Shown piece by piece: positions 24,666 to 37,917 of a DNA stretch of 64,000 bases. The DNA is taken from NCBI GenBank assembly GCA_030390025.1, contig CM059432.1:19718001-19782000 (forward strand), given 5' to 3'. The notes beneath the pieces are model-generated. The model was given only the letters and a program-made list of their open reading frames with translations, had not been told where the DNA came from and did no database searches. This DNA comes from Squalus acanthias (taxonomy: Eukaryota). Made by a program: the position numbers and the translations under genes. Each line of letters starts with the position of its first letter. Position 1 is the stretch's first letter.

Positions 24666-24789
24666 TACTGATAAAGGACCATTATCACCCCCCAAAAAAA
24701 TCTTTCTCCAAGTGTTTCTAAACATGCGTTATAATGACATTATTTGATGTGATCCCTGTTGAAAAATGACATTGTATTGTTAAAAAATA

Positions 24790-25050
24790 ACTTACAAAAA
24801 AACCAGAGGCGATATGAGGACATTTTTTATTTTACGCAGTGAGTTGTTATGATCTGGGAATGCAAGGCCTGAAAGGGTGGTGGAGGCAGATTCAATAGTA
24901 ACTTTCAAAAGGCAATTAGATATATACTTGAACAGGAAAAATTTGCAGGTCTATGAGGAAAGAGCAGGGGAGTGGGTTAATTGGATAGCTCTTTATAAAA
25001 GCTGGCACAGGCATGATGGGCTCCTTCAGTGCTGTAAGATTCTATGATTC
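24790..25050 (+). mobile_element. CR1 3' end fragment
   Basis: CCTGAAAGGGTGGTGGAGGCAGATTC and the GATTCTATGATTC tail. Confidence 0.8.
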
Positions 25051-25209
25051 TGTCTGACACCATCATCAAAATTGAGATGGAGATCTTTGAGGGGGACTCT
25101 CCTTCCCCAAGGGAGTGATGATTGCTCTTCGCATTACATGCCTTCAGTTTCTACAGCCAGTTACTTATCAAATCTAAGCCGAGTACTGTTAGATTTTAGA
25201 AGAAACTTA

Positions 25210-26015
25210 GGGCTGGATTTTGCCAATGGGGAGCTTTTGGAGGCGGGACTCCCACTTGTCGGGTTTCAGTCCCGCCTCCATCAACTTCTGGCCAACCCAC
25301 GCTATTTTCCCTTGATTGACCTTGTTAAGCCCGCCCAGCGGGCTGAGCAGGCCAATTAAAGGAAAGTCGGTTGCAGAGAACGTCAACGTATGACGTTTCA
25401 TCTGTCAAAAATTTTTGACAGATGAATTGTCATCTTTTGACAGCTCTGTGAAGCTGTCAAACACTGACATTCTCTGTAGTTTGATGAGGTCTTGAATTCA
25501 AGACTTCATCAAACCTCTTTCTTTTGCAGAAATGAGATGGTTGTTGCATTGGAGAATGCAACGGCCATCTGTCATCTCTACCGCGGAGGTGCGAGACTCT
25601 CCGCATACCCACCGACTGAAGCCTGCAGGAAGAAACATAGGTAAGTACACTTTTTCTAACACTTTCCACTTACCTCAGATACTCACCTCTCCACACTTGC
25701 ACCCATCACTTACCTTCACAGCACACTTTTGGACCCCTCCGATCCCCGCAGACCCACTGCTCGCCTCGGTGACCCTGGCGGGGTTCGTAGCCTTCAGGAA
25801 GCCCGCACTTGTGAGGGCAAAATGATGATAAGCCTATTTTCAACTGTTAACTACCTGTTAACAGGCAGTTAATTGGCTTTAATCCCTTCCCGCCTCCTGG
25901 GAAGATGGCATGGAGGCGGGTTGGGGGCGGGTTGGGCACCCGCACCTAAATTCTGCCATTTTCCCGGCAGTCCCACCTCCATACCCGCCTCCCCAGGGCT
26001 GGCAAGATCGCGCCC
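25210..26015 (+). mobile_element. Harbinger-type MITE, family B
   Basis: TTA TSD; GGGCTGGATTTTG..CAAGATCGCGCCC; homologous to 57061, 59190 and 61675. Confidence 0.88.
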
Positions 26016-26584
26016 TTAGGGAGGTTGTTGGGGGTGGGAAGGGAAGTCTGGTCATAAAACCAGAGAGTAAGCACAGCACTGCAAACTTGCAAACAGTTTA
26101 CCCTGGTGTAAAGGTTACATCCTGATTTTTATTGGCAGGCACCAAAGGAACAAAATATTATTTCATTCCCAGGTTTACAGGTGATAAAAGGCAGCAAGAG
26201 GGTTTCACACAGGTGATTACTAAAATTAAAACAAAAATGACAGTAGTGACAGGAAGAATGAGGCAGGGGGTATCAATTGCAGGCACATCAAAAATGGTGG
26301 GAAGCTGCTTCGCGCAACTTCAGCACGAGTTTAGTGAAGTGTTTAGCAGAGAAGGACATGCATGCAAATGACCAGTGCCGTCGAAAAAGGCTGCAGGATT
26401 GGAGCAAAGCAGTGGTGTAACCGCAGGGTTGGACAGTCGGAGGGTGACAATGTCTGGAAATTCAGGTGAAGGGGTGGAAGTTATGCCACTCACTTCAAAT
26501 CAACTTCTGCGTATGCCTGAGATTTCAAACGGGCAAAACTGTGAGAAACACTACGAAAAGCCAAACTGTGGAATACTGATGGTA

Positions 26585-27073
26585 CTTGCTGCAGCTCCAA
26601 CACACTCATGAAGCTCGACACCATCCAGAACAAAGCAGCCCACTTGATTGGCACCCCATCCACCAATTTAAACATTCACTCCCTCCACCACCAACACACC
26701 AGGGCTGCAGTGTGTACCATCTACAAGATGCACTGCAGCAACTCGCCAAGGCTTCTTCGACAGCGCCTCCCAAACCCGCGGCCTCTATCGCCTAGAAGAA
26801 CAAGGACAGCAGGTGCATGGGGACACCACCACCTCCAAGTTCCCCTCCAAGTTACACACCATCCGGACTTGGAAATATATCTCAGTTCCTTCATCGTCGC
26901 TGGGTCAAAATCCTGGAGCTCCCTCCCCAACAGCACTGTGGGAGTACCTTCACCACACGGACTGCAGCGGTTCAAGAAGGCAGCTCACCACCACCTTCTC
27001 GAGGGCAACTAGGGATGGGCAATAAATGCTGGCCTTGCCAGTGACACCCACATCCCATGAACGAATAAAAAAA
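26585..27073 (+). mobile_element. CR1-group LINE 3' fragment (same subfamily as 9922-10905)
   Basis: Closely similar to 10420-10905, with A tail. Confidence 0.85.
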
Positions 27074-28156
27074 CATTAAGTTGAGAGCTCATCCCATCTT
27101 CTTGGATGAGATGGGGGCAGCAGTGTGAGGGGCAATTTAAAAAGGAGCAACTGCTTTTATAAACCAAACAGTTACAAAGCATTATAATTAACCTTAATAA
27201 CCTTTTGTTTTGTGAATATTTTTGTTTCAATGGTAATTTCTGATGTGTTCATGGGAGAGAAATGGAAAGAAGGGAACTGAATTAACTTCAGTAGAGACAG
27301 CCCTTATTCTAGTGTGTGTGACTATTACGGACTGCTGAGAATGGGCCGCAACCAGGCAACTTGTATCCAGCTCCCTTGTGTTTTGAGGCTCAGCATTACC
27401 TCTCACCCAGTTTTAAAATAAAAGTAATCCCCAAAAAATTAACAGAAATGGGAAGCATATCACAACGGATATGCTAGCAACCTCCATGGCGAAAGTAGGG
27501 CAGAGGTTGAAATTGTTCTACTAAAGAGCCGGCAAAGACGTGATAGGCCAAGCAGCCTCCTCTTGTTCTGTAAACCTCTATAGATGTGATTTAATTAGTA
27601 TTTGTAAGGGTTGTGAAAGGTAGTATGGTGCTTCGGTGCACTGATTGCTGGGTTTACGACTGTGATTCTTCTCACAGTTAATTCCTGATCTTAGCTATTG
27701 TGGTGAAGCTAGATAAGGTCACTCCAATCTGCTCTCGTATATTCCAAGGCTGCACTCGGCAGAGCGATGTTAGCAGGCCAGCCTCTTAACTGTGATATTT
27801 TACTGTGCAATCCACAAAGAAACACTGGCAGTTGTGTGGTAATAACTATCTAGTTTTATTTCCAGACCCTCTTCGACATTCTGTCAAAGAATGACTAAGT
27901 AGTACAAGAGAAGACACAGGACTGCAATTGCTACAGTGTGCTTACTCCCATCAGGGGGCCATCTAGTGTTCAGCTCACATTATGCAAGTACCATCCATAT
28001 CAGTGAGGGTTCCAGAACACCAGTCCTGACTCCCGATGTTGCAGGAAAACCCTACCCCTCCAGACAGGGCAATGGAGCAAAGTAATTGGGAAGTTTCCTA
28101 CAGCATTGAGTGTTAGGAGCCAGCACAGCCGGAAGAGGTAATCAGATCTGAACAAA

Positions 28157-28285
28157 TCATAGAATCAGAGAAATTTCCAGCACAGAAGGAGGCCATTCGG
28201 CCGATCTTGTCCATGCCGGCCGACAAAGAGCGATCCAGCCTAATCCCACTTTCCAGCACTTGGTCCATAACCTTGTAGGTTACAG
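28157..28285 (-). mobile_element. CR1 3' UTR fragment
   Basis: ATCATAGAATC tail; GCACAGAAGGAGGCCATTCGGCC. Confidence 0.75.
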
Positions 28286-29029
28286 CAAGTGGGATCCTAT
28301 CAGGCGACGTGTAAGTGTTTGGTATGATGGATGGTACAAAGACATAGACAGAGAGGAGAAATACATTTAGTGGTACTGATTCCATCATCTCCCTCTTTAT
28401 GAGAAGAAAATATCAAACCACCACATAAAGATAAGGCTATCCAATGCTTTTGGAATTGAAAAATCTTCCACAATAGGTATCACAGACTAGGAATATCTGG
28501 TTTGAGTTTACAGTGGATTGCCAATGCCCTGACCTATCGCAGTTTAATGTTGATTGCGCAGGAACACACAATGTAATTATTTAGATGCAAATCCTTTACT
28601 CACGCGCACACACACAGTGATCAAGGTCAACAAAGGCTTACTTCACATAACCCACACCACATGCTGCTAATTGCTGAGCTCTACCCCTTAACTGATTGCA
28701 CACTCGTCAACAACAGGTCACGTTGCAACGTTGTGTGTTTGTAATGTGTTCACTGTGGTACTGATAATACAGATAAATGATTACTGGAAAAAAAAAGCAG
28801 ATTCAGAAAAGCCACCAAGCACTTGGTCAGCTTGTAATTTAGTCATGATTATCTGGCCACGGCATGCGAGTGAAATGCACTGTACTCGCCTCAAGATGAT
28901 AGAGAAATGAAATCTTAGCAGGCATGTACGGTTTATTCGGCTGTAAATGAGACGGTTGAGTTCAGTGACATAATAAAACTGGTCTCCTTTTCTGGGAGGA
29001 AAGGTTATAGATGAAGGGAGTAGAAAACT

Positions 29030-29240
29030 AGAGAAAAACTGAAAATTCAGGAAACACCCAGCAGGTCTATCAGCTTCTGAAAAGGGAAGAGAAGTTAACA
29101 GCTCGAGTACATGTTTCTTGATAAAAGATTGGTATCCAAAATGTTAACCAATCTTTTATCTTCACAGATAATGATGGACCCACTGTGTATTTCCAGTATT
29201 CTTGTTTTTATTTTAGATATCCTGTATTACCAGGTTTTTT
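29030..29240. mobile_element. Old degenerate palindromic Penelope-derived unit
   Basis: Diverged arms resembling 18292-18493; hammerhead core eroded. Confidence 0.5.
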
Positions 29241-30182
29241 CTTATCAGTTTTTTTTCTGATCAAAAAATTAGATAAACCTTTGATATAGACATACTTATC
29301 ACAGTTTCCTGACCTTTATTCTATTTTCTAAGTCTCGACTGAAACTTACTGTGTTCCAATTTTATTTTATTTTTAAAAAAGTACGTTCACTTCCTACTAG
29401 ATATTTCTCCGCAAACCATTGACTGACTGCAGCACTTCGTTGAGAGTCATTCTCTAACATTCACAAAGATTCCTTCCTGACGGTCTGTCAATTTTTTGTC
29501 TTCTAACACTCCTGTGCAGCGCCTTGGGACGTTTTACTACGTTAAAGGCGCTCTATAAATACAAGTTGTTGTTGTTGTTGTTGTCTGCTCTCTCCTCCCC
29601 TCACCCTAACTCAATCTCCTCTTTACTCTCCCCGCTAAGATGTTACGTCCACAAACAATGGCAAATGCAGCGGGTTTATTTCGATAAATATCTCCAAAAG
29701 CAGCAGTCGGGATAATTGGTCAGTGATGAAGACGGTGCAGAACAAGTGCGAATATCTTTTACTGCACTATAAATATGAGCTATTTTAGTTATTAAAATGG
29801 GAGCCAGCATAACCATGGAAAGAGCTTCAAACCAGCTAAGCTGGTGTCACTGCACCGGTATACTCAATAATTTAAGTTATAACCACTGTAATAATTAATT
29901 ATTTAAAAAAAAAATGATTATTCCTGGTCCAGCACTTTTAAGACTCAAAATTACTGTCAAGATATCAGATGAATGCATATTATATTTGCATAATATTCCT
30001 GATGCACTATTTTAATTGAGGCATTAATGTTTGTGTTAAAATAACAAATAGTGGAATGTGATATGAATGCTTTAAGCGCTTGTTCACTATCACCAGCTGT
30101 AATTTCTAGTTATTTTCTTGGCCCTCTTTAGAGGCTCTCCCTCTGCTCCATGCACCATTCTCTGACCAAGATGGCAATTAAT

Positions 30183-30936
30183 GGGCCAGAAATTCGGCTC
30201 TCTGGCTTCCCGCGGGTGCAAGGATCGCGCGCGTACTTACCTACCGCGCCTGCCGTTGTGCTTCAGGCCCGCGTGGACTTCGGCTCCTGGGCCTCCTGCA
30301 GCTGCCGGTGCGCAGTGCTTGCGTATCCCAGGGGTGCAATTAGTTCGAAGCGTCCCCTGGGATCACGTGGGCCATGGAGAGCCAATCGGAGCAGGGAATC
30401 TCCATTCATAGATTTTGACAGGAAGACCTGTCAAATCTATGAATAGAGATCACCCCGCAAAACCTCACTAAAACTTCAAATAAATTTTAAAAAAACATCA
30501 CATTTTTAAAATAACTATAAATTACATAAATTAACTACTTTAAACAAAAATTTAAATTTTTGAAAAAATTAATTACACTTTTTAACGGTGCTAAAAATAA
30601 ACTTACTTTTCTTTAAAGTATGTAAAAAAGATAAACCTGTTGAAAAAATGTTTAAGTTGTACTTAATTCACCACTTACCTTGTTAAAAGCAGGCCTTGCG
30701 CCTCCTTTTTTCTGGCGCAGCTTCTCCGTACTTACCCTCACGGAGAAACCTGAAAAAAAACCGAAGTTCGCTGCGTGCGCGCTGCCTCTCCGACACACGC
30801 GGTTGACCCTCGAACCCCTTCTTTCACGAGACCGGAAGTTCCAGTTTCCCATGCATGCGCGAAACCGGCACTTCCGGTGGCCCTACGGGTGAGTACACAG
30901 CGCGTACTCACCCGTGGAGACCCGAATTTCTGCCCC
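30183..30936 (-). mobile_element. Harbinger-type MITE, family A
   Basis: AAT TSD; TIRs GGGCCAGAAATTCGG and CCGAATTTCTGCCCC. Confidence 0.9.
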
Positions 30937-31269
30937 AATATGTCATCCATTCACAGGCTTCCAGCACTGCCCACATGTAATGGTCTTCAGGATCTCAATG
31001 TCAAAAGTCACTTCAATAAATTCATCCTCCAATTTCTGCTGCCCCCCCTTGCCAGGAATGCAGCTCATTTCTACTGACGTCCCAGTCGCCATTGGAAATG
31101 AATTATTTTGCAAAAATAGTGGGTGTGAGTTTGTAACTAGCGCAGTGTGCGAACTGTATTGGTATAGTGTGTCACTAGAATGCTCTGCACCGCACTGCAG
31201 CCTTTAAATCAATAATGTTCTGAAGTGTTCAACATAATGTTCTTCATGTACAACTTCTGAAGTATTAAC

Positions 31270-31660
31270 CGTGGGTCAGTAATAGCACTCTTCCTTCTGA
31301 GTCAGGAGGTCATGGTTCAAACCCCACCCCAGAGACATGAGCACATGATACAGGCTACCAGTTCAGTGCTGCACTGAGGGAGTGCTGCATTATTGGATGA
31401 GACACTATACTAAGAGTCCTGTCTGTCTCCTCAGGTGGATGTAAAAGATCCCATGGCACGCTATTTGAAGAAGAGCAGGGGAATTTTCCTGGCCAACAAT
31501 TATCCCTCAACCTGCTTATTTATCTCACTACTGCTTGTGGGACCCTGCTAGGCACAACTTGGCTGCTATATTGCCGACATTACTACTCTCGAAAAGCACT
31601 CCATTGGCTGTGAAGCACTTTGGGAAAGGTGAAAGGTGCTTTATAAATGCAAATTCTATT
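31270..31660 (+). mobile_element. SacSINE1/Deu-type SINE, diverged
   Basis: tRNA-like head with GGTTCAAACCCC; CAGGTGGATGTAAAAGATCCCATGGCAC core. Confidence 0.78.
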
Positions 31661-32562
31661 TTTATTATTATTTCAAAGCTCTGATGATTCAAAGACGATG
31701 ACAAGCTTGCACTATCTTTTCTCCCTGGCATTTCATGATTTATTTGCAAGCAGGTAGCTTGACAAAAGCTGTGGCCTTATGGGGAATTTCACATCCAGCC
31801 TACTCCAAGCCATTGATTCCAATCAGTGTCTCTCAACAAGCCTCAAAATTGCAACTTGCCACCTGCCTTGGGCTCACTAAATCCTGCCAATTACGGGATT
31901 TGGGGATCCCAGCTTCTGCCAGCCACATTTTAAATGATTTCCTGAGCAGCAAAGCATTAAACCTGGGCTACGTCAGAAAGCTTCAAGAATTAAATTATCA
32001 ATTATTTTATTAAAAGGGAGCGCAAAATGTCGTTTCAGTGGCACAAACAAATTTGGGTTGATAAGGCTTGCTGAGCAATGAAAACTATTTATGCTTTGTG
32101 TGACCTATGCATCATCACCAAACTCGCAATATACAATGTGAACACGGATTCTATCTTATAACCTTGTCAAACTGTGATAAAACCTACAGCATGAAATGGT
32201 AATTAACCTGTACGTACCATAAAACACTGAAGTGTATTCAGAAAGAGACGCTAACTGGGTTGTCAATGGATATTTGTCTTCTTAATTTGTTTGGTAGTAA
32301 AACTGTTACCTGCATCATAGCACAAGCTGTTGACATGAATATGTATTTCATTCATTAATGCATGATCATCTGCACGTAAAACAAAACTGTGTATACGCAG
32401 GTAGATCTGTAGGTCGAAACCAAAGATTGAATCTTCTTGCATTGTGTGATTGTATGATTGAATCCTTCAGCTGTTCTGTCAATTGCCCATTGTAGTCCAG
32501 GTAGATTCTATTTTTACTGTAAACCTTACATAATTTGGTGTGAGATGCTATTGATAGAGTTA

Positions 32563-35500
32563 GGACCTGAAATTCGGCACCTTAACGCCGGCTGTTAAGG
32601 CCAGTTTCGTGGAGAAAATGGTGTCCGCCTGGCTTCCGCCATATTGGTGAGGGCAAAAAAAGAGGCATCATTTACCTTCATCTGAAGCAGGCCTTAGGCC
32701 ATTAACATATTCAAATAAGGAGCCTAATACCTGCTTCTGCTACCTCTTTCAAATTTGGCTTGCATCTGAGGCAGCCAAACAAACGCTATGCAGTGCCAAA
32801 TTTAAAAAGATAAGTACTTTCCATTATCAGCTCCGACCTCACTCCCGACTCCGAACTCCAGGCCGTCTCTGATCTCCCCCCGATTCTGGCCCTCTCCGAT
32901 CTCCGCCCCGGTCCTGGACTCTCCAATCTCCCCCCAATCCTGGCCCTCTCTGACTTCCCTCCGATCCAGGCCTTCTCCGATCTCCGCCCCGGTCCTGGCC
33001 CTCTCCAATCTCCCCCCAATCCTGGCCCTCTCCGATCTCCTCCCGATCCTGGCCCTCTTTGACCTCCCTCCGATCCTGGCCCTCTCTGACCTCCCTCTGA
33101 TCCTGGCCCTCTCTGATCTCCCTCCAATCCTGGCCCTCTCTAATCTCCCTCTGATCCTGGCCCGCTCTAATCTCCCTCTGATCCTGGCCCTCTCTAATCT
33201 CCCTCTGATCCTGGCCCTCTCTAATCTCCCCCCAATCCTGGCCCTCTCTAATCTCCCTCCGATCCTGGCCCGCTCTAATCTCCCTCTGATCCTGGCCCTC
33301 TCTGATCTCCCTCCGATCCTGGCCCTCTCTAATCTCCCTCTGATCCTGGCCCTATCTGACCTCCCTCCGATCTTGGCCCTCTCTGATCTCGCTCCGATCC
33401 TGGCCCTCTCCGATCTCCCTCTGATCCTGGACCTCTCTAATCTCCCTCCGATCTTGGCCCTCTCCAATCTCTCCCCAATCCTGGCCCTCTCTAATCTCCC
33501 TCCGATCCTGGCCCTCTCCGATCTCCCTCTGATCCTGGCCCTCTCTGACCTCCCTCCGATCCTGGCCCTCTCCAATCTCTCCCCAATCCTGGCCCTCTCT
33601 AATCTCCCTCCGATCCTGGCCCTCTCTGACCTCCCTCCGATCCTGGCCCTCTCCGATCTCCCTCTGATCCTGGACCTCTCTAATCTCCCTCCGATCCTGG
33701 CCCTCTCTGACCTCCCTCCGATCCTGGCCCTCTCTGACCTCCCTCCGATCCTGGCCCTCTCCAATCTCTCCCCAATCCTGGCCCTCTCTAATCTCCCTCC
33801 GATCCTGGCCCTCTCTGACCTCCCTCCGATCCTGGCCCTCTTTGACCTCCCTCCGATCCTGGCCCTCTTTGACCTCCCTCCGATCCTGGCCCTCTCTAAT
33901 CTCCCTCCGATCCTGGCCCTCTCCGATCTCCTCCCTATCCTGGCCCTCTTTGACCTCCCTCCGATCCTGGCCCTCTCTAATCTCCCTCCGATCCTGGCCC
34001 TCTCTGACCTCCCTCCGATCCTGGCCCTCTCTAATCTCCCTCCGATCCTGGCCCTCTCTGACCTCCCTCTGATCCTGGCCCTCTCTGACCTCCATCCAAA
34101 CCTGGCCCTCTCTAATCTCCCTCTGATCCTGGCCCTCTCTAATCTCCCTCCGATCCTGGCCATCTCTAATCTCCCGCTGATCCTGGCCCTCTCTAATCTC
34201 CCTCTGATCCTGGCCCTCTCTAATCTCCCTCCAATCCTGGCCCTCAATAATCTCCCTCTGATCCTGGCCCTCTCTAATCTCCCTCCGATCCTGGCCATCT
34301 CTAATCTCCCTCTGATCCTGGCCCTCTCTAATCTCCCTCTGATCCTGGTCCTCTCTAATCTCCCTCTGATCCTGGCCCTCTCTAATCTCCCTCCGATCCT
34401 GGCCCTCTCTAATCTCCCTCTGATCCTGGCCCTCTCTAATCTCCTTCCGATCCTGGCCCTCTCCGATCTCCCTCCGATCCTGGCCCTCTCCGATCTCCCT
34501 CCGATCCTGGCCCTCTCTGATCTCCCTCCGATCCTGGCCCTCTCTAATCTCCCTCCAATCCTGGCCCTCTCCGATCTCCCTCCGATCCTGGCCCTCTCCG
34601 ATCTCCCTCTGATCCTGGCCCTCTCTGATCTCCCTCCGATCCTGGCCCTCTCCGATCTCCTCCCGATCCTGGCCCTCTCCGATCTCCTCCCGATCCTGGC
34701 CCTCTTTGACCTCCCTCCGATCCTGGCCCTCTCTGATCTCCCTCCGATCCTGGCCCTCTCCAATCTCTCCCCAATCCTGGCCCTCTCTGACCTCCCTCTG
34801 ATCCTGGCCCTCTCTAATCTCCCTCCGATCCTGCCCTCTCTAATCTCCCTCTGATCCTGGCCCTCTCTAATCTCCCTCTGATCCTGGCCCTCTCCAATCT
34901 CCCCCCAATCCTGGCCCTCTCCGATCTCCCTCCGATCCTGGCCCTCTCTAATCTCCCTCCGATCCTGGCCCTCTCCAATCTCCCCCCAATCCTGGCCCTC
35001 TCCGATCTCCTCCCGATCCTGGCCCTCTCCGATCTCCTCCCGATCCTGGCCCTCTTTGACCTCCCTCCGATCCTGGCCCTCTTTGACCTCCCTCCGATCC
35101 TGGCTCTCTTTGTCCTCCCTCCGATCCTGGCCCTCTCTGATCTCCCTCCGATCTTGGCCCTCTCCAATCTCTCCCCAATCCTGGCCCTCTCTAATCTCCC
35201 TCCGATCCTGGCCCTCTCCGATCTCCCTCTGATCCTGGCCCTCTCTGACCTCCCTCCGATCCTGGCCCTCTCCGATCTCCCTCTGATCCTGGCCCTCTCT
35301 GACCTCCCTCCGATCCTGGCCCTCTCCAATCTCTCCCCAATCCTGGCCCTCTCTAATCTCCCTCTGATCCTGGCCCTCTCTAATCTCCCTCCGATCCTGG
35401 CCCTCTCTAATCTCCCTCCGATACTGGCCCTCTCTAATCTCCCTCTGATCCTGGCCCTCTCTAATCTCCCTCTGATCCTGGCCCTCTCTAATCTCCCTCT

Positions 35501-37354
35501 GATCCTGGCCCTCTCTAATCTCCCTGTGATCCTGGCCCTCTCTGACCTCCCTCCGATCCTGGCCCTCTCTAATCTCCCTGTGATCCTGGCCCTCTCTGAC
35601 CTCCCTCCGATCCTGGCCCTCTCTGACCTCCCTCCGATCTTGGCCCTCTCTAATCTCCCTCTGATCCTGGCCCTCTCTGACCTCCCTCCGATCCTGGCCC
35701 TCTCTAATCTCCCTCTGATCCTGGCCCCCTCTAATCTCCCTCTGATCCTGGCCCTCTCTGACCTCCCTCCGATCCTGGCCCTCTCTAATCTCCCTCTGAT
35801 CCTGGCCCTCTCTGACCTCCCTCCGATCCTGGCCCTCTCTAATCTCCCTCTGATCCTGGCCCCCTCTAATCTCCCTCTGATCCTGGCCCTCTCTGACCTC
35901 CCTCCGATCTTGGCCCTCTCTGATCTCCCTCCGATCCTGGCCCTCTCTGACCTCCCTCCGATCCTGGCCCTCTCTAATCTCCCTCTGATCCTGGCCCTAT
36001 CTGACCTCCCTCCGATCTTGGCCCTCTCCGATCTCCCTCTGATCCTGGCCCTATCTGACCTCCCTCCGATCTTGGCCCTCTCCGATCTCCCTCTGATCCT
36101 GGCCCTCTCTGACCTCCCTCCGATCCTGGCCCTCTCTAATCTCCCTCTGATCCTGGCCCTATCTGACCTCCCTCCGATCTTGGCCCTCTCCGATCTCCCT
36201 CTGATCCTGGCCCTCTCTGACCTCCCTCCGATCCTGGCCCTCTCTAATCTCCCTCTGATCCTGGCCCTATCTGACCTCCCTCCGATCTTGGCCCTCTCCG
36301 ATCTCCCTCTGATCCTGGACCTCCCTAATCTCCCTCCGATCCTGGCCCTCTCCGATCTCCCTCTGATCCTGGCCCTCTCTAATCTCCCTCTGATCCTGGC
36401 CCTCTCTGACCTCCCTCCGATCTTGGCCCTCTCTGATCTCCCTCCGATCCTGGCCCTCTCCGATCTCCCTCTGATCCTGGACCTCTCTAATCTCCCTCTG
36501 ATCCTGGCCCTCTCTGACCTCCCTCTGATCCTGGACCTCTCTAATCTCCCTCTGATCCTGGCCCTCTCTGACCTCCCTCTGATCCTGGCCCTCTCTAATC
36601 TCCCTCCGATCCTGGTCCTCTCTAATCTCCCTCTGATCCTGGCCCTCTCTAATCTCCCTCCAATCTTGGCCCTCTCTAATCTCCCTCTGATCCTGGCCCT
36701 CTCTAATCTCCCTCCGATCCTGGCCCTCTCTAATCTCCCTCTGATCCTGGCCCTCTCTAATCTCCCTCTGATCCTGGCCCTCTCCGATCTCCCTCCGATC
36801 CTGGCCCCCTCTAATCTCCCTCCGATCCTGGCCCTCTCTAATCTCCCTCTGATCCTGGCCCTCTCTAATCTCCCTCTGATCCTGGCCCTCTCCGATCTCC
36901 CTCCGATCCTGGCCCCCTCTAATCTCCCTCCGATCCTGGCCCTCTCTAATCTCCCTCTGATCCTGGCCCTCTCTAATCTCCCTCCGATCCTGGCCCTCTC
37001 CGATCTCCCTCCGATCCTGGCCCTGTCTGACCTCCCTCCGATCCTGGCCCTCTCTGACCTCCCTCCGATCCTGGCCCTCTCTGATCTCCCTCCGATCCTG
37101 GCCCTCTCCGATCTCCCTCCGATCCTGGCCCTCTCTGACCTCCCTCTGATCCTGACCCTCTCTGACCTCCCTCCGAACCTGGCCCTCTCTGATCTCCCTC
37201 CAATCCTGGCCCTCTCTGATCTCCCTCTGATCCTGGCCCTCTCTAATCTCCCTCTGATCCTGGCCCTCTCTGACCTCCCTCTGATCCTGGCGCAAGCAAA
37301 TCTCGTCCCGCGGTGGCACCACCCATTTTTAGGGCGTTATCGAATTTTTGGCCT
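32563..37354. mobile_element. Harbinger-type MITE hosting an expanded minisatellite
   Basis: Termini GGACCTGAAATTCG and CGAATTTTTGGCCT resemble family A TIRs; TSD not clean. Confidence 0.65.
32857..37290. repeat. 27-bp minisatellite, ~164 copies, consensus GATCCTGGCCCTCTCTAATCTCCCTCY
   Basis: Continuous 27-bp periodicity; pyrimidine-rich + strand; one 26-bp unit near 34831. Confidence 0.98.
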
Positions 37355-37917
37355 TGGTGCATTGTTACTCTGCTGGAGATTGGTATATTAACTGTTCTTG
37401 CATCCTATTTGCATTGTGAGCTGAATGGAAATATCAATTCATCACTTGTATGTTTCTTGTTAATGTACAGCTGTTAGCTGTTAAATGTTATGTGTGGAGT
37501 AATTGTATTTCTAAAAGGTGAAATTAGAGGTGTTTCCTCTGAATAAATTAAATGGTGTATGAAAAATTTCCATTTCTGTGCAGAGTTTTTTTTAGCATGG
37601 ACCAATGGTCTATGAGGTTAAAGGGAAATCTAATTGAAGTGATCAAAATTACAAAATGGTTTGAGAGGGTAAATAATGAAATATTATTTCCAGAAATTGG
37701 TAAATTGGGAGCATAAATTTAGGATTAGTACTTAAAATATGATGGGGAAGATTAGAATCGATGTTTTCATACAAAGCATATAGAACGGTTTAGCACAAGT
37801 GGCTATTGAGAACGACTCAGAAGGAGTTAGATAAATTCTTGAAAAAGAAAAATATTAAAGAGTATGAGAAAAGAACAGGAAATTGCGACTAGAGGAGGTA
37901 TCTGCTGTAAACTGTTT

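Noticed and set aside
32802..37391. Long ORFs (653, 493, 745, 351 aa) with 9-aa repeats, superficially LRR-like (ILALSNLPP) or Arg-rich
   Set aside because: They are translations of the 27-bp minisatellite, open in several frames on both strands. There is no LRR spacing and no unique domain, and the frame breaks near 34831.
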